Position numbers and translations under genes: made by a program. Shown here piece by piece: positions 1-9,668 of a stretch of 64,000 bases of DNA. The notes beneath the pieces were generated by a model. It saw only the letters and a list, made by a program, of their open reading frames with translations. It was not told where the DNA came from and did no database searches. Positions within the stretch are counted from its first letter, which is position 1. Each line of letters starts with the position of its first letter. Origin of the DNA: Candidatus Latescibacterota bacterium (GTDB lineage: Bacteria > Latescibacterota > UBA2968 > UBA8231); NCBI GenBank assembly GCA_965215195.1, contig CBDCDC010000002.1, forward strand, positions 4,416,001-4,480,000, in the 5' to 3' direction.

Positions 1-100
1 CAGCAGGGGAAATGGTCTGCGGCCGTTGCCTTACAGCAGCAGGCCATCGCGCTGACGCCAGTCCAGTTGCGAGAGGCACTCCTAAAGCAGCTATCCGCCT

Positions 101-1846
101 ATGAGTCGAGTGCGCAATAAGCTAAAAAAGGATTCTCCATCTGTGTGCGCCAAGGTCGCCGAGCGCGGTCAGTGGATGGCATTGGCGCTAGTGGCCTTGG
201 TAGCGTACGGCGTGTACGCCAACGCGCTGGGCAACGAGTTGGTGTACGACGACCGCAAACTGATCCCCGCCAACGAGTTAATGCATGACCCGTGGCGGGT
301 GGACCGGATTCTCGTCGGCCGCTATTGGGGAGAGATCCTACACTCACACCACTACCGGCCGCTGACGGTTTGGACTCTGGCGTTTAATTATTGGGCCAAC
401 GAATTCCTAGGCCTGCCCGGCGCACACGGCGTGGGATTTCATCTGGTTAATGCCGCGCTACACGCAGCGGCCAGCTGTGCATTCTATCTTTTGATGCTAC
501 GGCTGGGCTTGGCCGTCCACGCCTGTCTAGCCGCGGCCCTGTTTTTTGCCGCGCATCCGGTCCACACCGAGGCCGTGGCATTTATCACTGGCCGAGCCGA
601 ACCTTTGGCTCTGCTCTTTGGCACCTCTTTTCTTGCCTTGCACTACCGCGGGCAGTGGAAAGGGGCTGGAGTACTGTACTGGTTTTCGCTATTGAGCAAG
701 GAATCAGCAGTCGTCTACCTCTTCGTCGCCCTGTGGCTGGACATCTGCACTGCACAGCCGCTCAAGGCGCGCTGGCGGGCCTACGGTGGATACGGCTTGG
801 TTTTGGGAGGCTGGCTGCTGCTGCGCCAAGCGGCCTTAGGGGCAACCGACAGCGACATTTCCGCGCTTGACAATCCCTTAGCAAACGGCGCGCCACTAGA
901 GCGGGTATTGACGGCCGCAACAGTGCAATTTGCCTACCTGCGCCTGCTGGTCTGGCCACGCGGGCTTTCCTCGGACTACTCCCATGCTCAGATCCAGTTG
1001 GTAAGCGATCCGCTGAACTGGGGAGTAGCCGGTTTTTGCGTCGCAGTACTTACCGCAGCTGGCGCGGCTTGGTATCTGTGGCATCGAGCACCCATGGTCG
1101 CCTTTGTCGCTGGGGCTTATGCGATTCTGGCCGCCCCGACGAGCAATTTTCTGGTCCTAGTGCCGACCATTATGGGAGAACGGCTAATCTACGCACCATC
1201 AGCCGCGTTTTGCCTGCTGTTAGGTTGGGGCCTCTGGCGGCTGGGGCAGCGTTGGGGTTGGAGCCTCTGGGTAGGAGGCTTGGGGTTGCTTTGTTGCTAT
1301 GCGGTTCTGACGACGGCACGCAACGCGACATGGGCCGACACCGAGACCTTCTATCGCACGCAGTTCCAATCGGCCCCTCACAGTGCCCGGGCCCATCTGG
1401 GGATGGGGCGGATGCATGTAGAGGCTGGACGACTCGACAGTGCCCAAGTATATAACCTTTCTGCCCTAAAAATCTATCCCGACTATGCGATGGCTTGGTA
1501 CAATCTGGGGCTTTTGCAGGTCAAGCAAGGTGCTTGGGACGAGGCGCTCCGCTCATATAATCAGGCCGTGTCCCTTGAACCGGCCTATCTGAAGGCCTGG
1601 TACAACTTGGGCGGGATCCATCTACAGCGGGGTTCGTGGTCTAAGGCACTGAAGGCGTTTGAGCAGATTCTGATCTTGGACCCGGAAAATGCCGGCGCGT
1701 GGAACGGCGTGGGCGTGGTCCGCATTCGCCAAGGGCAGCTAAACGAGGCGGCGCGGGCCTTCGCTCGTGCGCTTTTGGCCGATCCCGACCACGCGCAGGC
1801 CCAGCACTACCTAGCGCAGGTGAGAGATCGGCGCCGAGGGCAATAG
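101..1846 (+). CDS. TMTC-like GT-C protein O-mannosyltransferase family membrane protein with C-terminal TPRs
   Basis: Multiple TM segments; VYDD loop, HYRPL, HPVHTEAV..GRAE, LLSKES and DUF1736-like LLVWPRGLSSDYS motifs; TPR-like repeats (AWYNLG x2, AWNGVG). Confidence 0.85.
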   Translation: MSRVRNKLKKDSPSVCAKVAERGQWMALALVALVAYGVYANALGNELVYDDRKLIPANELMHDPWRVDRILVGRYWGEILHSHHYRPLTVWTLAFNYWANEFLGLPGAHGVGFHLVNAALHAAASCAFYLLMLRLGLAVHACLAAALFFAAHPVHTEAVAFITGRAEPLALLFGTSFLALHYRGQWKGAGVLYWFSLLSKESAVVYLFVALWLDICTAQPLKARWRAYGGYGLVLGGWLLLRQAALGATDSDISALDNPLANGAPLERVLTAATVQFAYLRLLVWPRGLSSDYSHAQIQLVSDPLNWGVAGFCVAVLTAAGAAWYLWHRAPMVAFVAGAYAILAAPTSNFLVLVPTIMGERLIYAPSAAFCLLLGWGLWRLGQRWGWSLWVGGLGLLCCYAVLTTARNATWADTETFYRTQFQSAPHSARAHLGMGRMHVEAGRLDSAQVYNLSALKIYPDYAMAWYNLGLLQVKQGAWDEALRSYNQAVSLEPAYLKAWYNLGGIHLQRGSWSKALKAFEQILILDPENAGAWNGVGVVRIRQGQLNEAARAFARALLADPDHAQAQHYLAQVRDRRRGQ

Positions 1847-1852
1847 GCGGTA

Positions 1853-3493
1853 TTAAGGCCCCGGCTCTTCCACCACTAAAAACTGATTCGCAGCCACGTT
1901 CTCCAAGTGCTGGACGCGGCCCGAAGGCCAGCGAATCTCGATGCGCTCGGCCGCGGCGTTCGCGCCCAAGCCGAAGTGGACGCGCCCGTCGCTGTGCGAG
2001 AGAAAGCTGCCGCCGCTGACAAGCTCGGTGCTCTGTTCGATCCTGCCGCTGACCACGGAGACTTTTGCCCCTAAGCCACCGCCGACCAAGCGCAGGCTCA
2101 GCCAATTGCGCTGGTTGCCGCCATCGTTGCGCAAAAGTTGCGGCGAGCTGTCGAGATTGAACACCAACAGATCCACGTCCCCGTCGTTGTCGTAATCTCC
2201 TTTAGCCGCGCCGCGACTGACGGCCGGGAGGCTCACGTCCCCGGCCGCGACCGCGGAGAATCGGTAGCCCGCGGTCGGTCCCTCGTTGGCAAAAAGCTGG
2301 TTGGGTTCGGCGTAGCTAGCGGGCGCAAGATGCCGTATTTGGGGATAGACGTGGCCGTTGGCCACGAACAGGTCTTGGTCTTGGTCGTTGTCGTAATCGA
2401 GGAAAAGAGTGCCGAAGGATAAGTGAGGCCGGCTCGGCTCAACGAGGCCGGCTGCACTGCTAACCACCGCGAAACGGCCATCGCCTTGGTTGCTATAGAG
2501 GGTGTTGTAATCGTCCTCAAAGTGGGTGACCAAAAAGTCGCCATCGCCATCGCGGTCGTAATCTCCATAAGCGATGCCCATGCCAGCTTGTGCCCCTCCT
2601 TCGGCGCTGAGGGCGGCTCCGGCCTCCACGCCGACGTCGCGGAATTGTCCGTTGCCTTCGTTCCGATAGAGAAAATTGGGTGCCGAGTCATTGGCTACAT
2701 AGAGATCTGGGTCGCCGTCTTGGTCGTAGTCGCAAAAAAGAGCGCTCAGGCCGTAGGTAGGCTCAAATTGGCCGACCCTCGCTTGGCCAGTGACGTCGCG
2801 GAATCGGCCATTGCCTTCGTTCCGGTACAGGACGTCCTGGGCTCCGGGGAGGCCGAGTGGTCCGGCGAACACGAGAACTCCCTTCCACATCCCGCCCCGA
2901 GGCGGCACGCGCTCGGGCGCAAAGTGTAGGTATTGGGCCACGTACAGGTCGAGGTCGCCATCCCCGTCGTAGTCGCCAAAGCTAGCACCCGTACTCCAGC
3001 CCGCCAGATCGACGCCGGCGGCCTTGCCGACGTCGCGGAATTGGCCGTTGCCCTCGTTGCGGTAGAGGACGTTGGGACCGTAGTTGGTCACATAGAGATC
3101 GAGGTCGCCGTCGCGGTCGTAGTCGGCCGCGGCGCAGCCCATGCCCCAACCCGCATCGCCGACCCCAGCTAGGTGGGTATAGTCCTCAAAGGTGCCGTCG
3201 CCCACGTTGCGGTAGAGGGCGTTGGTCGGGGCCGCGGCTGGGTCGGGATAGCCTTTGAGGCGCGAGCCGTTGATCAAGTAAATGTCGAGCCAGCCGTCGC
3301 CATCGTAGTCGAGGAAGGCACCGCCGCCGCCCTTGGACTCAACGATGTAGTTTTTGACCCGGCTGCCCGAGTGCATGAGGAAATTGAGGCCGCACTCTGC
3401 CGTAACGTCGGTGAAGCGCACCGGGGAGGGATCTGGCGCGGGGGCGTCGCAGGCTGCTAAAAGCGCGACGCAGAGCGCGGCAAGCAGGGTCAT
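1853..3493 (-). CDS. CRTAC1 family FG-GAP/ASPIC-UnbV lipoprotein
   Basis: Repeated DYDxDGDxD motifs and C-terminal HFGLG...IEIRWPSG. Real start is probably ATG 3493 (MTLLAALCVALLAAC lipobox), which overlaps the upstream stop as ATGA. Confidence 0.88.
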   Translation of the reverse strand: MTLLAALCVALLAACDAPAPDPSPVRFTDVTAECGLNFLMHSGSRVKNYIVESKGGGGAFLDYDGDGWLDIYLINGSRLKGYPDPAAAPTNALYRNVGDGTFEDYTHLAGVGDAGWGMGCAAADYDRDGDLDLYVTNYGPNVLYRNEGNGQFRDVGKAAGVDLAGWSTGASFGDYDGDGDLDLYVAQYLHFAPERVPPRGGMWKGVLVFAGPLGLPGAQDVLYRNEGNGRFRDVTGQARVGQFEPTYGLSALFCDYDQDGDPDLYVANDSAPNFLYRNEGNGQFRDVGVEAGAALSAEGGAQAGMGIAYGDYDRDGDGDFLVTHFEDDYNTLYSNQGDGRFAVVSSAAGLVEPSRPHLSFGTLFLDYDNDQDQDLFVANGHVYPQIRHLAPASYAEPNQLFANEGPTAGYRFSAVAAGDVSLPAVSRGAAKGDYDNDGDVDLLVFNLDSSPQLLRNDGGNQRNWLSLRLVGGGLGAKVSVVSGRIEQSTELVSGGSFLSHSDGRVHFGLGANAAAERIEIRWPSGRVQHLENVAANQFLVVEEPGP

Positions 3494-4260
3494 GGAGAGC
3501 GGGCGCAGCGGAAGCCGATATAGGGGCTGCGCTCTACGGGCAGGACCTCGAAGCGGTTGATGCTGCGCAGGGTCGGTGCGGGGTTGATCCACGAGCCGCC
3601 GCGCAAGACCTTGAAGCGGCCGGTCTCTGGCCCTTGCGGGTCTTTGGAAGGTGCCGTGGCGTAGTACTGGGCGTCGTACCAATCGGCGCACCACTCCCAG
3701 ACATTGCCAGCCATGTCGAGTGCGCCGTACGGGCTGGCCCCTGCTAAAAAAGAGCCGACCGGGGCCAGCCCGGCATAGCCGTCTTCCGCGCCCCAGAGAT
3801 TGGCGCGGCCAGCGGCCAAAGCCGCGCCCCAAGGCCAAAGCCGGCCATCGCTGCCGCGCGCGCTTTTTTCCCACTCGGCTTCGGTGGGCAGGCGCCCGCC
3901 GCGCCAAGCGCAATACGCGAGGGCGTCTTGCCAGCTAACATAGACGACCGGATGGCTTGGGGTGGCGGCCGAGTTGGGGCCGTGAGGCCGCCGCCAGCTA
4001 ATGCCGTCGGCCTTTTCAGCCCCGCGTTTTTCCGCCTCCGTCTGGTAGCCCGTGGCCGCGACAAAGGCGGCGAAGCCGGCGTTGGTAACTTCGTAGCGGT
4101 CGATGGAAAAGGTGCTTAGATAGACTTGGCGGCTGGGCTTTTCGTCGGTGGCCCGCGGGTGATCGATGCCCATGGTGAAGGGGCCGGCCGGCACGACGAT
4201 CTCTTCGGCGGCAACCGGGGCTGCCAGTAGCAGGGCCGATAGGAGGCGCGAAATCCGCAT
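3490..4260 (-). CDS. FGE-sulfatase (SUMF1-like) domain protein, secreted
   Basis: FTMG, EVTN, HPVVYVSW, RLPTEAEWE, DMAGNVWEW, RGGSW and GFRC motifs; signal peptide from ATG 4260; lacks the catalytic Cys pair of true FGE. Confidence 0.85.
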   Translation of the reverse strand: MRISRLLSALLLAAPVAAEEIVVPAGPFTMGIDHPRATDEKPSRQVYLSTFSIDRYEVTNAGFAAFVAATGYQTEAEKRGAEKADGISWRRPHGPNSAATPSHPVVYVSWQDALAYCAWRGGRLPTEAEWEKSARGSDGRLWPWGAALAAGRANLWGAEDGYAGLAPVGSFLAGASPYGALDMAGNVWEWCADWYDAQYYATAPSKDPQGPETGRFKVLRGGSWINPAPTLRSINRFEVLPVERSPYIGFRCARSP

Positions 4261-4277
4261 GCGCGGCTGGGGGTGGC

Positions 4278-5951
4278 CTAGCGCTGCTGCATCCGCGCCC
4301 AAGTGTCGCGCAAGGTGACGGTGCGGTTGAACACGGGCGCGTCCGGCGCGTGGTCCTCGCTGTCGGCGCAGAAGTAGCCGAGCCGCTCGAACTGGCAGGA
4401 GGCCCCCGGGGCCATGTCGGCGAGGGACGGCTCTAGATAGCAAGGGTTGAGGACTTTGAGCGAATTCGGGTTGAGGTTGTCCAGCCAAGTGCCCTTGGCC
4501 GGGGCGTTGAGCGGTTTTTCGACCTTGAAGAGCCGGTCGTAGAGCCGCACCTCGGCGGGGATCGCGTGGGGGGCTGAGACCCAGTGCAGGGTGGCCTTGA
4601 CCTTGCGCCCATCGGGTGCGTTGCCGCCGCGAGTGGCCGGGTCATACGTGCAGCGCAGCTCCACGACCGCGCCGCTGGCGTCTTTGACCACCTCGGTACA
4701 GGTGATGAAATAGGCGTAGCGCAGGCGGATTTCGCGGCCCGGGGCGAGGCGAAAGAACTTGCGCGGCGGGTCTTCCATAAAGTCCTCGCGCTCGATGTAG
4801 AGGTGCCGCGAAAAGGGGATGGAGCGGGTGCCGGCGCTTGCGTCCTCCGGGTTGTTGATGGCCGTTAGCATCTCGCTTTGGCCCTGCGGGTAGTTTTCAA
4901 TGACGACTTTGAGCGGGTTGAGCACGGCCATGCGCCGGGGCGCGGTCTTGTTGAGCTGGTCGCGGATGCAGTACTCGAGGAGGGCGATGTCGATGTTGTT
5001 GCCGCGGCGGGCAATGCCCGTTTCGCCCCAGAAGCGGCGGATGGCTTCGGGCGGACAGCCCAAGCGGCGCAGGCCGCGCAAGGTGCAGAGCCGGGGGTCG
5101 TCCCAGCCGGCCACTAACTTTTGCTCAATGAGCTGCCGGAGGTAGCGCTTGGACAGGACGGTGTACGTGATGTTGCCGCGGGCAAACTCGATTTGGCGCG
5201 AGGGAAAGATGCCGAGCTGTTGGATGAACCAATCGTACAGGGGACGATTGTTGATGAATTCGTCCGAGCACAGCGAGTGCGTGACGCCCTCGATGGAGTC
5301 GCTCTGGCCGTGGGCCCAGTCGTATAGCGGATAGATGCACCAGGCGTCGCCAGTGCGGTGGTGGGTGGTGTGCATGATGCGGTACATGACCGGGTCGCGC
5401 AGGTTGATGTTGGGCGCGGCCATGTCGATTTTGGCGCGCAACACCCGGCTGCCATCGGGGAATGCTCCGTCTTTCATTTGCGCGAAAAGGTGGAGGTTTT
5501 CCGCGGTGGAGCGGTCGCGGTACGGGCTGTTTTTGCCCGGCTCGGTGAGTGTGCCGCGGTTTTCCCGGATCTCGTCCGCGGTCTGGTCATCCACGTACGC
5601 CAAGCCCTTTTTGACGAGCGCGACAGCCCACTCGTAGAGCTGGCCAAAGTAATCGGAAGCATAGTACGGCTGCGGCCCCCAGTCGAAGCCGAGCCAGCGA
5701 ATGTCCTCCTGCATGGAGTCCACGTATTCTTGCTCTTCCCGCGTGGGGTTGGTGTCGTCGTAGCGGAGGTTGCACTGGCCTTTGTAGTCTGCGGCAATGC
5801 CAAAGTTGATCGAAATGGCCTTGGCGCTGCCGAGGTGCAGGTACGCGTTAGGCTCTGGTGGGAAGCGGGTGATGACTCGGTCGTAGCGGCCGTTTTTGAG
5901 GTCGGCGTCAATAGCTTGGCGGATGAAGTCGCGGTTTTTGTCCGTGTTCAT
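4278..5951 (-). CDS. glnS: glutamine--tRNA ligase (atypical motifs)
   Basis: [48 protein letters not shown] and [11 protein letters not shown] motifs; HIGH motif reads HLGS. Confidence 0.9.
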   Translation of the reverse strand: MNTDKNRDFIRQAIDADLKNGRYDRVITRFPPEPNAYLHLGSAKAISINFGIAADYKGQCNLRYDDTNPTREEQEYVDSMQEDIRWLGFDWGPQPYYASDYFGQLYEWAVALVKKGLAYVDDQTADEIRENRGTLTEPGKNSPYRDRSTAENLHLFAQMKDGAFPDGSRVLRAKIDMAAPNINLRDPVMYRIMHTTHHRTGDAWCIYPLYDWAHGQSDSIEGVTHSLCSDEFINNRPLYDWFIQQLGIFPSRQIEFARGNITYTVLSKRYLRQLIEQKLVAGWDDPRLCTLRGLRRLGCPPEAIRRFWGETGIARRGNNIDIALLEYCIRDQLNKTAPRRMAVLNPLKVVIENYPQGQSEMLTAINNPEDASAGTRSIPFSRHLYIEREDFMEDPPRKFFRLAPGREIRLRYAYFITCTEVVKDASGAVVELRCTYDPATRGGNAPDGRKVKATLHWVSAPHAIPAEVRLYDRLFKVEKPLNAPAKGTWLDNLNPNSLKVLNPCYLEPSLADMAPGASCQFERLGYFCADSEDHAPDAPVFNRTVTLRDTWARMQQR

Positions 5952-6069
5952 GGCTCCTCGGTGGCTGTTTGCAGCACAAAAAATAATAGTAAGGCAAATA
6001 GTCCCAGCGGCAAGTTACCCACTCGTCTGCCAGTACCTCTGTAATTCCTACTTCTCAATTCTCAATTCC

Positions 6070-6186
6070 CTTACTACACGACACCAGCCCTCAGCCGGCC
6101 AAGGATCGAGGGCATCTTGCCCTCGATCCCGCACCCATCGGAAATAGCAGAAAAGGCGCACTCAAAAGTAAGGGTCGCGTACTTAG
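6070..6186. mobile_element. MITE copy 1 (117 bp) with 9-bp TSD CTCAATTCC
   Basis: Ends cttactacacgac...gtcgcgtacttag form imperfect TIRs; ctcaattcc at 6061-6069 and 6187-6195; homologous to 22539-22670 and 40927-41075. Confidence 0.88.
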
Positions 6187-7154
6187 CTCAATTCCTGATT
6201 CCTACTCTTGCGCTGCCACCCGCTGGTCTGCCAATGCCTTCCTTGCCGCTTAAAGTTAGACTCCTTGGGCGGCAGCAAGCCGCGCAGGTGTTGGCCGCCA
6301 AAGGCAAAGCCGGCTAGGCCGGGGAAGCCGCGGTCCTCGTTTTCGACGCACAGCACGTAGTCGTAGCCCGATTCCCACAGCGCGCCGATGATGGTGCTCC
6401 AGTTGAGCTGGCCGCGGCCGGGGACGCGGTATTGCCACCACCAGTTGCCGATGATGCCCTGGCGGTAGAGCATCCGCTGGCTAATCTCGCAGTCCTTGAC
6501 ATCGGCGTAGTACCAATGGCCGGCAAAGTCGCGGATGACGTCTTCGACCGGCAGGATGTGCATCCACAGCCAGTGCGAAGGATCGCAGGACAGGCCGAGG
6601 TTTTCCGAGGGCACGGCGTCGAGAATTTTTTCCCACATCTCCGGGTTGCAGCCGATCTGGCCCATGCGCACGGCCACGTCGAGGGCGAGCCGGACGCCGC
6701 TGGCTTCGGCCGCTTGCACCACGGGCTCAAACATGGTTTGGAAGCGATCAACTAATTCGTCGCAACGGTCGCTGGGGTTGCCGGGTTCCGCGGAGAACAT
6801 GCCGTAGAACTGGCCGTTGCGCACGGGTGCGCCGCTGCTGGTGACGACGACTGGGCAGGCGAGGGCGCGGGCCGACGCAATGGCCTTGAGCAGCTTGGCT
6901 TGGGCGGCGCGGGCCTGTGCGCGGTCGTCGTCGAGCAGGTTGTGGTGCGCGGTGAGGGCAGCGAGGTACAGGCCGTGCTGGCGCAAGGTCTCTAGCACGG
7001 CCTCCGGCCCGACCGCTAGAATGTGGTCCGAGTCGAGGGTGCCGGAGTCGTTCAAGCGCACGCAGTCGAAATCGTGCTCCCGCGCCCAACGGGCGCATTC
7101 GTCGAGGCTCCAATTGTTCGCGCCGCCGACGCTGGTCATAAAACTTATATCCAC
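6183..7154 (-). CDS. sugar phosphate isomerase/epimerase (xylose isomerase-like TIM barrel)
   Basis: DPSH, VKD, PGRGQLNW, GYDYVLCVENED motifs; GTG start at 7154 behind AAAGGAGA. Confidence 0.8.
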   Translation of the reverse strand: MDISFMTSVGGANNWSLDECARWAREHDFDCVRLNDSGTLDSDHILAVGPEAVLETLRQHGLYLAALTAHHNLLDDDRAQARAAQAKLLKAIASARALACPVVVTSSGAPVRNGQFYGMFSAEPGNPSDRCDELVDRFQTMFEPVVQAAEASGVRLALDVAVRMGQIGCNPEMWEKILDAVPSENLGLSCDPSHWLWMHILPVEDVIRDFAGHWYYADVKDCEISQRMLYRQGIIGNWWWQYRVPGRGQLNWSTIIGALWESGYDYVLCVENEDRGFPGLAGFAFGGQHLRGLLPPKESNFKRQGRHWQTSGWQRKSRNQELS

Positions 7155-7204
7155 GAGCGAGTCTCCTTTTAATAAAAAAATAAAAATTGGGAGCGGATAG
7201 TTGA

Positions 7205-7225
7205 CAATTCGCAATTCGCAATTCC
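7205..7225. repeat. heptamer tandem repeat, about three CAATTCG units
   Basis: caattcgcaattcgcaattcc; same unit at about 12416-12437 and 50131-50183. Confidence 0.7.
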
Positions 7226-7442
7226 TAAATGGACTGAGCAGATCGCGATACAATTCTAATAATAGCGGCGTAAGGCCCCCAGCCGGAAACGGCAGATTAT
7301 AGGGCTTAGGGGGCCAATGATACATTCTTGGGCAAAGATCACCAAAAAGTTATCGAATCAGCCTCATGTATGTAGTGGGTGCGTTTTAATTTTTTGGGAC
7401 GTTCGGCTTCTTTATCCGGGGACTGAAATTTTCAACCATTCC

Positions 7443-7470
7443 TTGATTTATATTCACGTTTACTTATAAT
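7443..7470 (+). promoter_or_regulatory. putative sigma70 promoter for the LRR gene
   Basis: TTGATT-N16-TATAAT in an AT-rich intergenic region. Confidence 0.5.
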
Positions 7471-7793
7471 TAAAAGCCGTGAGAGTTCGCATTTTTCTTT
7501 TAGGCTTATGGTAAAACGTGCGGTGTCCCGAATATCCTACTGATTCTCGACTTGTTAAAAAACAGTAACTTACCCTCCTCTCCCCTCAAAATTTCTCTCG
7601 AGCGCGTAGCACTAGATTCTCTACTGTTCAAACACCGGCGATGGCTCCCAAGCACCCGTTTGGCGATCCGTCCCGACCCTCGCCGCCTGCTGTTCGTGCG
7701 GCATTCGTCTGTACGTCGTGACCGTCGCCTGTCAAGGCGGCCGGTTCCTGTTCTTTTTTATCTAACCCTTTATTTAATAGAAGGAGACAAACA

Positions 7794-9665
7794 ATGCCGT
7801 TATGGAAGCGAATAAACGCCCTGCTGGTCGTCGTTTTAGGCGTGGCGGCCTGTTCGGACCCGCCGGTCGCGCCGGTGCCGGCGGGCAAAGCCCTCGGGCA
7901 GGCCGAGGCCGATAGCACGCAGTCGGACGCTGCGACCGATAGCCCCGCGCTAGAAGTCGGCTCGTTTGCCGATGCCAACTTGGAGCTTGCGGTGCGGCGG
8001 ACACTGAACAAACTCGAAGGCCCGCTGACCGCCGACGATCTGGCGTCCCTGACGAAGCTCGACGTAGAGCGGCAAGATGTTTCAGGCATTGAGAGCTTGG
8101 CCGGCCTCGAACACGCGACAGCACTGGACACGCTGAGTCTGTGGGGCAACCAGATTGTGGATTTGAGTCCGTTGGCAGGCTTGACCCAGCTAACCTACCT
8201 GAACTTGGGGGATAATAAGGTGGCGGATGTAGGTCCGTTGTCGGGGTTGACCAGCTTGCAATGGCTGAGTCTGTGGGGCAATGAGGTGGCGGACGTGAGT
8301 GCGTTGTCGGGGTTGACCAAGCTGACCTACCTGAACCTGTGGGGCAACGCGATTGAAGCGGTGAGTGCGTTGTCGGGGTTGACCAAGCTGACCTCGCTGG
8401 ACTTGGGGCACAACGAGGTGGTGGATGTGGGTCCGTTGGACAGCCTGACCCGGCTCGACTGGCTGGGCTTGGAGGGCAATCCCATCGGCCAACGGGACCG
8501 CGCCGAACCGGAGCCGGAGCCGACATTGCCGCCAACACCAACGGAGCCGGAGCCGCCACCGCCGCCGCCACCAACGGAGCCGGAGCCGCCACCGCCGCCG
8601 CCACCAACGGAGCCGGAGCCGCCACCGCCGCCGCCACCAACGGAGCCGGAGCCGCCACCGCCGCCGCCACCAACGGAGCCGGAGCCGCCACCGCCGCCGC
8701 CACCAACGGAGCCGGAGCCGCCACCGCCGCCACCACCAACGGAGCCGGAGCCGCCACCGCCGCCACCGCCGCCACCACCGCCGCCACCACCGCCGCCACC
8801 ACCGCCGCCGCCACTGGGACTGCAATCGCCAAATTCCCCTCTTGTACTCGTCGTTGAGCTGCCGTTTAGTATAACGCTACGAGAAGCCTCGGGGGGGATC
8901 CCGCCACTGGTCTATTCCGTGTCGGGGATTCCCGACGGGTCCGGGTCGTCGTTTAATCGGAGAACGCGGACGATTTCGGGTACGCCCACGGCGGAAAGTG
9001 AGGCTGTTGACATTACCTACACGGTTACGGACGCCGACGGTGCTTCTGTTTCGGTGACGTTCCGCATGAAGGTTGTCTCGTTCGTCGACCCCAATCTGAG
9101 GGCGGAGGTGAAGAGGATGCTGGGGCTTACTTACGCCCAATATCTGACGACCATAACGCAGCTCGAAGCTTATGAGCGAAACATTCAGAGCGCGGCCGGC
9201 CTCGAACACGTTAGGGGGCTGACTTCGCTGAACCTGCGGCGCAACGCGATTACGGATGTGAGTCCGTTGTCGAGCCTGACCAAATTGAATGTGCTGGACC
9301 TGCGAGAAAACCCGGCTCTTGCGGATGTGAGTCCGTTGTTGGGCCTGACCAAATTGAGCTTGCTGGCCTTGGCTGGCACGGCCGTTACGGATGCGGGGGT
9401 GGCTTCGTTGGCGAACAGCCTGACCAACCTGACATGGGTGCATCTGGAGGATACGGCCATTACGGATGTGGGGGTGGCTTCGTTGGCGAACCTGACCAAA
9501 TTGCAGACGCTGGTTCTGGATCGCACCGCGATTACGGATGTGAGTCCGTTGTTGAGCCTGACCGAATTGGAAGATCTGTGGCTGCATGGCACTTCTCTCA
9601 ATGACGAGTCAATCAACACGCACATCCCCGCCCTCGAAGCAAGAGGCGTTACTGTACGTCGATAA
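7794..9665 (+). CDS. internalin-like leucine-rich-repeat lipoprotein with proline-rich linker and Ig-like (He_PIG-type) domain
   Basis: Lipobox VAAC; two LRR blocks (LxxLTxLxxLxLxxNxIxDxSPL), each preceded by an F.DxNL cap; TEPEP/poly-Pro spacer; ASGG..PLVYSV...ISGTPT...YTVTDADG Ig motif. Confidence 0.85.
   Translation: MPLWKRINALLVVVLGVAACSDPPVAPVPAGKALGQAEADSTQSDAATDSPALEVGSFADANLELAVRRTLNKLEGPLTADDLASLTKLDVERQDVSGIESLAGLEHATALDTLSLWGNQIVDLSPLAGLTQLTYLNLGDNKVADVGPLSGLTSLQWLSLWGNEVADVSALSGLTKLTYLNLWGNAIEAVSALSGLTKLTSLDLGHNEVVDVGPLDSLTRLDWLGLEGNPIGQRDRAEPEPEPTLPPTPTEPEPPPPPPPTEPEPPPPPPPTEPEPPPPPPPTEPEPPPPPPPTEPEPPPPPPPTEPEPPPPPPPTEPEPPPPPPPPPPPPPPPPPPPPPLGLQSPNSPLVLVVELPFSITLREASGGIPPLVYSVSGIPDGSGSSFNRRTRTISGTPTAESEAVDITYTVTDADGASVSVTFRMKVVSFVDPNLRAEVKRMLGLTYAQYLTTITQLEAYERNIQSAAGLEHVRGLTSLNLRRNAITDVSPLSSLTKLNVLDLRENPALADVSPLLGLTKLSLLALAGTAVTDAGVASLANSLTNLTWVHLEDTAITDVGVASLANLTKLQTLVLDRTAITDVSPLLSLTELEDLWLHGTSLNDESINTHIPALEARGVTVRR
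8538..8813 (+). repeat. 33-bp coding tandem repeat x7 (PTEPEPPPPPP) followed by poly-Pro
   Basis: Near-identical units ccaacggagccggagccgccaccgccgccgcca. Confidence 0.93.
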
Positions 9666-9668
9666 TGT

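Noticed and set aside
3490-4260. FGE-like protein as the activator of the sulfatase at 14434
   Set aside because: Lacks the catalytic cysteine pair of true formylglycine-generating enzymes.
8538-8813. Regular 33-bp repeats as a CRISPR array
   Set aside because: No unique spacers, in-frame coding repeat, and no cas genes.
7774-8832. Antisense ORFs with AAPAPLV or RWRLRLRW repeats
   Set aside because: Shadow frames of the poly-Pro repeat in the LRR gene.
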